Origin: Candidatus Latescibacterota bacterium
Lineage (GTDB): Bacteria > Latescibacterota > UBA2968 > UBA8231
DNA: 64,000 nt
NCBI GenBank assembly: GCA_965203175.1
Contig: OZ241867.1
Location: 3,232,001-3,296,000 of the forward strand
Direction: 5' to 3'
Shown here: positions 56,137 through 64,000 of the stretch, one piece after another
How positions within the stretch are numbered: the first letter of the stretch is position 1
How the letters are laid out: each line of letters starts with the position of its first letter
The notes under the pieces: generated by a model
The model's database searches: none
The model's input: only the letters and a program-made list of their open reading frames with translations
What the model was told of the DNA's origin: nothing
Translations under genes and position numbers: made by a program

Positions 56137-58677
56137 TTGAGCCACGGTGCCCACATCGTCCTTCTCGTCCTGTTCTTCCTTTCTGGTGCCTGTACCTTGG
56201 TATATCAGGTGGTATGGGTGCGAATGCTCGTCCTCGTATTCGGCACCGGGGCTTTTGCGGTCAGCACGGTCCTAACAGCTTTTATGGCGGGGTTGGCGCT
56301 GGGCAGCTTCTACTTCGGGCGTCTGGCCGACAAGAGCAAGAACAACCTGCGCTTCTACGCCTTCCTCGAGTTGGGCATCGCCGCCTTTGCCCTAATTTTC
56401 CCCTTAATCCTGAGCGGACTGGACGAAATCCACACTTGGCTCTACCTGCAACTGGAGGCGACGCCCTATGTCTTTGCACTCATGCGCTTCCCACTTTGTT
56501 TTCTCGTCCTGCTCATTCCCACTACGCTAATGGGGGGCACCCTGCCGATTCTAATCCGCTTTGCAACTCGGCACATGTCGCAGGTGGGTTGGAGTGTGGG
56601 GACCTTGTATGCCGCCAATACGTTTGGAGCCGCCTGCGGGGTTGGGACCGCGGCTTATCTGACTATCGAGTATTTGGGTGTCAGCGGCACGACTACAGTC
56701 GCCGTTGTTGGCAATGTTCTCATTGCGATTTTTTCTCTGGCGTGGTGTCGCCGTTTGTCAGACTCAGCCGAGCCACACCGGGTGAGTCTAGGCAAGAGAA
56801 ACAACGCGCAGCAAAAGAGTCCTCCAGCACTACCGAACTGGCTGGTGCAATTGACGCTTTTGGTCTTCTGCGCATCGGGCTTCACCGCTCTGGGATACGA
56901 AGTGCTGTGGACGCGGGTGCTGACCATGATACTGGGGCTGAGCACGGCCCAAAGTCTCAGCATCATCCTGATCGCCTTCTTGTTCGGTCTGGCGCTCGGA
57001 GGGGCTATCGCCTCTCGTTTTGTCGGCCGCTGGCCGGATCTGCTCATTGCATTCGGCGCTGTTGAGATACTCCTGGGCCTGTTTGGTCATATCTCCATCG
57101 GCGCATTCGGCATTAGCACTCATTTCATTCCGTATCTCAGTGCGCTTACCTCGTGGACGGGCTATCTTTTCGCAACAGCTACCTTGGTGTTCTCGATTGC
57201 GCTCATTCCCACCTGTCTGATGGGATTGCTCTTTCCTCTTGTAGGACAACTCAACACTACGCATTTAAAGACCTTGGGCACAAAAATCGGCAAGGTCTAC
57301 GCCGTCAATTCACTGGGATCTATCGCTGGCGCCTTTGGCGCTGGTTTTTTATTGATTCCGCTATTGGGCACAGAGCGTGCGGTACAAGCCTTGGCCTGGA
57401 CCAATATCGCCTTGGGGGCGGTGCTGCTGCTGGCCCATCCAAGCGCCAGTAGCCGTTTTAAGCTGCAAGCCATAGGCCTGCCTGTCAGTGCGGTACTGCT
57501 GCTGACTTGGGTCATGCCGAGTAATCTTTTTATCGCGCTGTTTACAAATACAGAAAAAGACAGCGAGCTTGTCTATTATCGCGAGGATACTGCTGGGACG
57601 GTAACGGTCCAGCAAATGAGCCACGGCAACCGCATCCTCAAAGTAAATGGCATGGGAGAAGTGCCGACAGACCACGCATCAATCAAGATTTTTCGACTGC
57701 TGGGCAATCTGCCGATGATCCTGCACAGCGACCCCCGGCAAGTCTTGGTGATTGCCTTCGGGGGCGGCATTACCCTCAATTCGGTCTTGCTCCACCAACC
57801 CGAGCGGGTGGATTGCGTCGAAGTCGTACCCGGTGTGGTCGAGGCTGCCGATTTTTTTGCCCGCTACAACAACTACGTCTTCAACAGGGTGGGCACGGAT
57901 CACCTCCGACTAATCCACGGCGACGGCAGAAACCACGTGATGCGGACACCAGAGCGCTACGATATCATTATCGCCGACGCGACCCATCCCGGCACGGCGG
58001 ATAGCTGGGTGCTGTACACGGAAGAATTCTACCAGCTCTGTCGCCAGCGACTCAAGAAAGAAGGCTTCATAGCTCAGTGGATTCCCCTGCACGGGCTGGC
58101 CGTAGCCGACTACGAGATGCTCTTGCGAACATTTCGCGCGGTTTTCCCCCACGCGACCCTGTGGCTGACCGACAAATACTCCATTGTGCTGGGTGCAAAC
58201 CAGCCGCAACACATCGACTTTGAATTATTGGCACAACGGCTGTCAGCAACGGCTTTGCAAGAATCTCTGCAAGAGGTAGATCTGGCCGATCCAGTTTCTT
58301 TCGCAGGGACCCTAGCTTTGGATGAGCGTGCTTTTTCAGACTATGCCGGCCATGGCCCTTTGAACACCGACGACCGGCCCTATATAAGCTTTACCGACCG
58401 CAGGCGCAGGGATACGGGCGCGGGTCTGCCCGCTCTGTCAAGCCTGTTGCCCCACCTAGTGGTGGAGGCAAACGAGTCTCTTTTCGCCATGGACGAAGAG
58501 GAGAAACAAAACATTGAGCGCCGCCTCCGATCTCGCAAATACTCAATCCAGGGCGCGGTGTCCCTGCTAAACGACAAAACAGGCGACGCGATTTGGCACT
58601 ACAGACAGGCCCGCAAAATCGATCCGGCCGAAAGAATGGCCCTGCGGGCCCTGAGAAGGTTAGAAGGGGCCGACTAG
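56137..58677 (+). CDS. Fused MFS-like membrane domain / spermidine synthase-like SAM-dependent transferase
   Basis: FFLSGACTLVYQVVW, PTTLMGGTLP, LYAANTFGA; VLVIAFGGG, VEV, GDGRNH, YDIIIAD, LYTEEFY, NTDDRP. Confidence 0.88.
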   Translation: MSHGAHIVLLVLFFLSGACTLVYQVVWVRMLVLVFGTGAFAVSTVLTAFMAGLALGSFYFGRLADKSKNNLRFYAFLELGIAAFALIFPLILSGLDEIHTWLYLQLEATPYVFALMRFPLCFLVLLIPTTLMGGTLPILIRFATRHMSQVGWSVGTLYAANTFGAACGVGTAAYLTIEYLGVSGTTTVAVVGNVLIAIFSLAWCRRLSDSAEPHRVSLGKRNNAQQKSPPALPNWLVQLTLLVFCASGFTALGYEVLWTRVLTMILGLSTAQSLSIILIAFLFGLALGGAIASRFVGRWPDLLIAFGAVEILLGLFGHISIGAFGISTHFIPYLSALTSWTGYLFATATLVFSIALIPTCLMGLLFPLVGQLNTTHLKTLGTKIGKVYAVNSLGSIAGAFGAGFLLIPLLGTERAVQALAWTNIALGAVLLLAHPSASSRFKLQAIGLPVSAVLLLTWVMPSNLFIALFTNTEKDSELVYYREDTAGTVTVQQMSHGNRILKVNGMGEVPTDHASIKIFRLLGNLPMILHSDPRQVLVIAFGGGITLNSVLLHQPERVDCVEVVPGVVEAADFFARYNNYVFNRVGTDHLRLIHGDGRNHVMRTPERYDIIIADATHPGTADSWVLYTEEFYQLCRQRLKKEGFIAQWIPLHGLAVADYEMLLRTFRAVFPHATLWLTDKYSIVLGANQPQHIDFELLAQRLSATALQESLQEVDLADPVSFAGTLALDERAFSDYAGHGPLNTDDRPYISFTDRRRRDTGAGLPALSSLLPHLVVEANESLFAMDEEEKQNIERRLRSRKYSIQGAVSLLNDKTGDAIWHYRQARKIDPAERMALRALRRLEGAD

Positions 58678-58697
58678 CGGCCGAAAAAATAAAGAAG

Positions 58698-60419
58698 CTA
58701 ATTGTCGGCCTGAAATTTTCCGTCTTTGATCATGTTGGGAATATTGGCGGGGAAAATTTCCACGTCGTATTTCTCCCGCAAAGCGCTCACGAACTCCACG
58801 TAGCCGTGCTTGGCCTTGTTGATCCTGACATAGGCGGTGGCGCGTTTTTTTGAAGCGGCATTAAACGGTTTGGGCTTGGCCGCTTCCCGGTCGACTATTT
58901 TAAATACGGAATACCCTTCCGCTACCTTGATGGGTCCGCCGACTTGGCCTATTTCCATATCTTGGGAGAGATCGTATATATGGGGGTAGTGAAGTCGCTT
59001 GTAGGCGTCGAGACGAACAAATCCCCTTTTTTCTCCATGGACCCCGCGAGTGTTGTATTTTGCGATCAATTGCTCTGCATCGGCTCCCTCTTGCAATTGC
59101 TCTTTTACCCGCTGAGCTTCCTCTTCGTTGGACAAAAGAACCTCTGCGGCTATGGTGGCTTCGAGATAGCGAAATTTTGCGGGGTTTTTGTCGTAGAAGG
59201 CACGGGCTTCTTCTTCTTCAACCCTGATATAGGCGTCAACATTGATCTTGCGCAGCAGACTCACGAGTAGATTTTCGCGCTCGTTTTCCACGCTGGCAGC
59301 CAAGGTAGAATCCCGATCTAAGCTTAGGGCGTAGGATTCTTTGAGTAGCATCTGGGCCGTGAGCAGGCTGCGGACCTTGGCCGCTACTAACGCAGTATCG
59401 GCGAGCTGGTGCCGGGTCTCTGGTCCGGCTTTGTGTAGCACGACGGGAAGAAATTCGCCAATGGTCAGATCGCCGTCTCGATAGGAGCCCAATCGCATAG
59501 TGCCTTCCGCCTCGGACACATTGATTTGGCCGCCGGCTGACCGCTCGGCCAAAAATGCCACCCCATCGGCATCTACTAAAGGCTTGTACACGCCTGCCAG
59601 CGAATCGGTCAATGCCGCTCTGCGGGCAATTCGTTTGGAGCCGAAAATTTTCTCCTCGAGGACCCCTTGCACCTCGTTTAAGGCAATGGGCATCTCGTCC
59701 AGCACTTTGAATACGGCGTAGTGCTTTTTCCCTTTATAGGCGAAGGGCATCGGCTTTGATAGGTCACCTACCCGTAGGGTCAATAATTCTTGCAGGGATT
59801 CGTCGGCTGTGTCTCTGGACAAATAGCGTCCCGTGTCTCCACCCCAGGCTTTGGTCGTCTCATCGACAGAATAGGCGTCGACGAGCTGGCGGAACGCCTT
59901 GCCGCTGTTGAGCTCGGCTACTAGTTCGTCGGCTTTTTCCCGCGTCTCGACCACGATGGCTGCAAGGCGCAGCGCTTTGTTCCAAGCCTCGTTCTGGTAG
60001 AGTTCGATCAGTTCCTCTTGCGAAATCGAAATCTGCTGGTCCACTTTGAGATGGTTGTACAACTTCATCATTTCCCGATCTTTGAAGGCGGATAAATCGA
60101 GGATAAAGCCCGGATCGCTGTGCAATTGCTGTGCCTCTGCTTCGGCTAGCAGCACTTTTTTGTCGATCAGCGCATTCAAGACCATGATATTGGCCTCACT
60201 GTCGCTTTTGCCTTCGTGGATGCCGTCCGGCAGGCGGGCGGCGAACGCTTGCAGTTCGACCGTGGTGATTTCTTGCTCCGCTATCCTTGCGACTGCACGG
60301 CTTTGGGGTTCTGAGCCGCACCCGATCTGCAAAGTTAGAACAAAGCAGACGGACAAAATGGTCCAGTCAGTATCGCACTTGGCCGTTCGAGCAAAAACGG
60401 GGAAATACATTAATAGCAC
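58698..60419 (-). CDS. Peptidyl-prolyl cis-trans isomerase (two PpiC/rotamase domains), lipoprotein
   Basis: QIGC lipobox; AVARIAEQEIT; YSVDETTKAWGGDTG; GQVGGPIKVAEGYSVFK. Start uncertain. Confidence 0.75.
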   Translation of the reverse strand: MLLMYFPVFARTAKCDTDWTILSVCFVLTLQIGCGSEPQSRAVARIAEQEITTVELQAFAARLPDGIHEGKSDSEANIMVLNALIDKKVLLAEAEAQQLHSDPGFILDLSAFKDREMMKLYNHLKVDQQISISQEELIELYQNEAWNKALRLAAIVVETREKADELVAELNSGKAFRQLVDAYSVDETTKAWGGDTGRYLSRDTADESLQELLTLRVGDLSKPMPFAYKGKKHYAVFKVLDEMPIALNEVQGVLEEKIFGSKRIARRAALTDSLAGVYKPLVDADGVAFLAERSAGGQINVSEAEGTMRLGSYRDGDLTIGEFLPVVLHKAGPETRHQLADTALVAAKVRSLLTAQMLLKESYALSLDRDSTLAASVENERENLLVSLLRKINVDAYIRVEEEEARAFYDKNPAKFRYLEATIAAEVLLSNEEEAQRVKEQLQEGADAEQLIAKYNTRGVHGEKRGFVRLDAYKRLHYPHIYDLSQDMEIGQVGGPIKVAEGYSVFKIVDREAAKPKPFNAASKKRATAYVRINKAKHGYVEFVSALREKYDVEIFPANIPNMIKDGKFQADN

Positions 60420-60444
60420 CTTTTTTTAGTTCAGCGCTCCATCC

Positions 60445-61269
60445 TTACGGCACGGCTAGGTCGTGGTCTTCGAGATCGGTGACAAAGCCGTGTCCCGACG
60501 AATGGGTTATCATGAATGGAATGGCGGAAGCCTGCGCCACCGTCTGAGGCGTAACACTACAGGCCCAAAATAGCGCTACATCGCCGGCGGGGATGCCGTT
60601 GGGGGGCGCGGGGCCAATGGTTTGCGAAAGGTCGGTGATGCCTATGGTGGCTGGATCGCCAATGTGTATCGGGGCCCCGTGCGTGGCCTGGAATCGCGAA
60701 GTCACCTGCACGGCGCGCGCGACCTTTGCCGCCGGCAAGGTTTGCATGGTCACTACCATCGGCCCGGCAAAGCGCCCCGCTGGTTTGCACATGATATTGG
60801 TTTTATATAACACGACGCCAACCGAACTGACGCACCCGGCGTCGGCCAGAGCTTGCAAAAAAGTCAGGCTCGACCCTAAAAAAAAGGCTACGAAATCCTC
60901 CTGCCACAACGGCGCAATATCGGTCACTTCTTCGACCAACTCACCGTCGCGCCAGACCGAGTATAGCCCGACCTCATGGCGAATATCCGCGCTCGGGGCC
61001 AGTGTTTTCGGCGTCGGACAACCCGGGTCTGTCACTTCGAGCAGCGGACACGGCTGCGGGTTGCGCTGGCAGAAGACGAGAAAATCGTAAGCCTCGGCCT
61101 TGGGGAGAATGACTAGGCCGGTCTGCACATAACGCCCCGCTCTGCCAACGGTCGTACCACGCCATTCGCCGGTACTAATCTGGCGACGAATTGTTTTAGC
61201 ATCCAGCATTGTTGAATCTGGTGATCGTCTGCTGTCCATCCGGGTGGCAGCACTAGTGCCTATGGGCAT
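60445..61269 (-). CDS. D-glutamate cyclase family / putative hydro-lyase (DUF1445)
   Basis: AYDFLVFCQRNPQPCPLLEV, FFLGSS, HGAPIHIGDP, FWACSVTPQ, ITHSSGH. The true start may be ATG at 61209. Confidence 0.82.
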   Translation of the reverse strand: MPIGTSAATRMDSRRSPDSTMLDAKTIRRQISTGEWRGTTVGRAGRYVQTGLVILPKAEAYDFLVFCQRNPQPCPLLEVTDPGCPTPKTLAPSADIRHEVGLYSVWRDGELVEEVTDIAPLWQEDFVAFFLGSSLTFLQALADAGCVSSVGVVLYKTNIMCKPAGRFAGPMVVTMQTLPAAKVARAVQVTSRFQATHGAPIHIGDPATIGITDLSQTIGPAPPNGIPAGDVALFWACSVTPQTVAQASAIPFMITHSSGHGFVTDLEDHDLAVP

Positions 61270-61313
61270 AAGTAACTTCCTAGTTTGCGGGGAAGGATTT
61301 CTGTCTAGAGATG

Positions 61314-64000
61314 CTAGTAGGCGACCGCTACCGTGCGGGTAAGATCACGCGCGTCCAGGCCAGCTCCCTCAGTATTGGCATCAATTTTGAGCAGGACGAT
61401 GTACACTCCGGGTGCCACGAGATTTCCAGCATGGTCTCTGCCGTCCCATTCGAATTCATGGGCACCAGTGACCACTGGACGCCGCGCGGAAATGCTTCTC
61501 ACCTGGCGACCGCCCAGGTCGTGGATATGGATTTCGATGGCACTGCTCTGACGGATCAACACGACGTCGAATGTAAACCTCACCGCATCGTTTATATCGT
61601 CCCCATTGGGCGTGAATACCTGCGGCTCGATTGCTAAGTTGCGGAAAATTTCCTTGCGCCTCGGTACCGCGACCAGCGTTAGATCGTTGTCGGTGATTTG
61701 CGCGGCCGCGTCTCCCGCGTCCACGCGCTGCCACCAACCGTCGTCTCCTCGCCGCAGGGCTGCTCTCAGCGGTGCACTTACCGTGAAAAGAGAGGTGGCG
61801 AAATCGAGGCGGAACAGTTCAATATCCGACTCCGACAGTACGGCCGGAAAAGTCAGATGCAGGCTATCCGAGTGATCGCTGCGGATCTCGACATCTGCGA
61901 TCTTCAGAGACGCCAGATCAGCGGCCGGCGAAAAATCGCTGCCTTTGCCCCCGTATAGCCCTCGATAGGTCAGACGCATCTGGGGGGGAGCTGCGAGCAA
62001 GAGCTGATCGAATCCGCCGGCACTGACGGTATCCGGTCGGATGTATACCGAAAAAGGACGCTGGACGCCGAGGCTATCGACCCGTGTAGGGGTAACTTCG
62101 CCCAACAGGTGCCGAGCTACTGGCTCGGCAAAATTGAGCCGGACCTCTTTGAGGGTGGGGTAAACTTCTGGATCGTTAGAGAACAACGTGGAGCGAATGC
62201 GGACAAATTGGCGTGGCGAGGGCGAGGTGATGGGGCTGCCGGCGGCGTTTGCGTACGATGCACTGAAGGACTTTTCCCACTCCGGCCCATCGACCCAGAT
62301 GCCTATTTTGTTGCCTCTGTCGCGCCGGTTTTTGCGCGCGTAGTATTCTGCAGCACCTCCTTCGTAGAGTCTTATATTGTCGCCGTGATAGTAGAGCGTA
62401 TCCGAACTGAAGGTGTCCCCCGTCCGCGTCTGTAGCTCTACCTTGGTGCCGGGAGGCGTATCGGCATCCCATTCGATAGACACTAAATTTTTGCTGTTTC
62501 CGAGAGGTATACGCCCCGATGTCAGCTCGACTTGGGGTTGAAAGCCGGCGCCGAAAAGCTGGAACTCACTCAGTGCGGTCAGGATCCTTGCGGCGATGGG
62601 TTGGACATTCCACTGGATTTTGAAAAAACGGCCAACGACGGGATCGAAGTTATTGCCCTCTGTGATCTTGCCGATCAAACCGCCCAGGGTTTCGGTCTGT
62701 CTGCGATCTACGGCGATGGACCACTTGAGGCTGCCATCGGGCTCTCTGCTGCCATCCGAGACTTCTAGGGTATAGTTGCCAAAGGTGTGGGCGTCGTTAT
62801 CGATGAATGTATAAGTCATCCTTTGCGCGTCGATCCAGAAAAACGATCCTAGATCTAAAGTCACCGTGCCGATGGGACTCAAATTGAATTTGGGATCTCT
62901 GTAGAGGTCGAGAAAATGAGCGGAGTCCACATCGCTATCGAGGAGGATCGCTCCATTGCGGGGATCGGGCGAGCTTATGGTCCCGCCCCGTCGCAATATC
63001 CCGTGGAAGATATCATCTCCTTCAATCCAGACATTGAGCTCGGCTAAGCGCGGGCGCTCGCGGATATAATAGCGGATGTCGCCGCGCTTTTCCTCTGCGA
63101 GGCGGTCGAAATAGACTTGCTTCGACACTTGCAACTGGCCGCCGTCTGGCAGTTTTTTGTAGTAATCAACCGCGCCCGTATCGGCCGGGGCGAGTTGCTC
63201 GAATTCCGCTTTTGTGATCTGGCGGCCTCGGTTCAGGTCGCTGCCTCTTATGACGACTTGGACAAAACGTCCAACCAGCGTCGCCATGTCTGTTGTCGGA
63301 CCAGACTCCTCTGCCAAATCCTCAAATTGGATCTGTTCCGCCAGAAACTCATCCTGCTCGCCGCCCAATTCTCTGCGACCCGTGATGCCGCGCAGGTCCA
63401 CCTCGACGCTGCGTTGGGTCTTATTGGGCTTGAGCGAGATCAGGACGGGAAAAAATTCGGGTGGGGCGTTTCCCGATTGGGCGGCAATGGGTTTGCGCCC
63501 GTCCGATACGAGGACATCGTACAACAAGAAGGGGTCGCCCAGATCTTCATCGACGAATTTCAGTTCGATTTTCTTGAGGAAAACCAGACGTCCCAGATCC
63601 ACCGTAAACCACCAAAGGGCACCGATATCCACATCCGCCGCTACACCCGCCGGCAGCGGCGCTGGTTCCCAAAAGGTAGTGGGGTCGCCGTCGAGGACAT
63701 TGGTTACTCCGGCGGGGTTCGAACCTGCTTCCACGACGGCATCTCGCAGAGAGATTTCAGCGGCCTCCTTGCCCTGCAGGCGCTTGGGAATTTTGAATAG
63801 CGTGGGATCGCGCCGTGACGCTTCGATCTGGAAGCGCAGAAAATCGACAATGTCCTCAGTGGCGTCTGTATTGCGATTCCAGCGGCGCGGCCGTACTTCC
63901 CCCTGGGGAGCAATCTCAAGAGTGCCGGCTGGAAAGTCCCAATCCTCCCAATGCCTCTGGGCGTTCACAACGACCTGGTTCGGTCGGGTGCGAAACTCGT
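61314..64000 (-). CDS. Large secreted protein with discoidin-like repeats and C-terminal FlgD Ig-like domain (5' partial)
   Basis: VLDGDPTTFW, TVDLG, LSEFQLFG; C-terminal FTPNGD...IHDLGGRQV...WDGRD...VAPGVY. The frame appears open to the window end. Confidence 0.75.
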   Translation of the reverse strand, partial: EFRTRPNQVVVNAQRHWEDWDFPAGTLEIAPQGEVRPRRWNRNTDATEDIVDFLRFQIEASRRDPTLFKIPKRLQGKEAAEISLRDAVVEAGSNPAGVTNVLDGDPTTFWEPAPLPAGVAADVDIGALWWFTVDLGRLVFLKKIELKFVDEDLGDPFLLYDVLVSDGRKPIAAQSGNAPPEFFPVLISLKPNKTQRSVEVDLRGITGRRELGGEQDEFLAEQIQFEDLAEESGPTTDMATLVGRFVQVVIRGSDLNRGRQITKAEFEQLAPADTGAVDYYKKLPDGGQLQVSKQVYFDRLAEEKRGDIRYYIRERPRLAELNVWIEGDDIFHGILRRGGTISSPDPRNGAILLDSDVDSAHFLDLYRDPKFNLSPIGTVTLDLGSFFWIDAQRMTYTFIDNDAHTFGNYTLEVSDGSREPDGSLKWSIAVDRRQTETLGGLIGKITEGNNFDPVVGRFFKIQWNVQPIAARILTALSEFQLFGAGFQPQVELTSGRIPLGNSKNLVSIEWDADTPPGTKVELQTRTGDTFSSDTLYYHGDNIRLYEGGAAEYYARKNRRDRGNKIGIWVDGPEWEKSFSASYANAAGSPITSPSPRQFVRIRSTLFSNDPEVYPTLKEVRLNFAEPVARHLLGEVTPTRVDSLGVQRPFSVYIRPDTVSAGGFDQLLLAAPPQMRLTYRGLYGGKGSDFSPAADLASLKIADVEIRSDHSDSLHLTFPAVLSESDIELFRLDFATSLFTVSAPLRAALRRGDDGWWQRVDAGDAAAQITDNDLTLVAVPRRKEIFRNLAIEPQVFTPNGDDINDAVRFTFDVVLIRQSSAIEIHIHDLGGRQVRSISARRPVVTGAHEFEWDGRDHAGNLVAPGVYIVLLKIDANTEGAGLDARDLTRTVAVAY

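Noticed and set aside
1-64000. rRNA, tRNA, integrase/transposase, prophage or defence genes
   Set aside because: None recognised by eye or in the ORF track; intergenic gaps are short and mostly explained. tRNAscan and Rfam were not run.

Overview
Gene-dense, GC-rich bacterial chromosomal segment with about 38 protein-coding genes. I found no rRNA, tRNA, CRISPR array or transposase. Several features suggest a Latescibacterota/Poribacteria-like bacterium, probably a sponge symbiont (inference): DUF6785-type and FtsX-fusion membrane proteins, PhyH dioxygenases, CRTAC1/TPR/FlgD secreted proteins, a C-terminal TWGxxK protein and an swf-type PKS. Main elements: (1) a dprE1/dprE2-like pair; (2) a complete swf-type cluster (mono-modular type I PKS/FAS, B12 radical SAM, reductase-sulfotransferase fusion) preceded by a TonB receptor, two STAS proteins, a small orphan gene and a MITE-like element; (3) transport and envelope genes (NupC, MsrP, an Oar-like TonB receptor, a DUF6785 + M28/FtsX pair); (4) a soluble beta-propeller/Y_Y_Y-sigma54 enhancer-binding protein followed by 11-bp phased repeats, an IHF-like site and a perfect -24/-12 promoter that drives only a short structured RNA and small unannotated ORFs; (5) sugar-acid and aminosugar-type metabolic operons; (6) secreted, chaperone and repeat proteins. 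Three copies of a REP-like palindrome family are also present.
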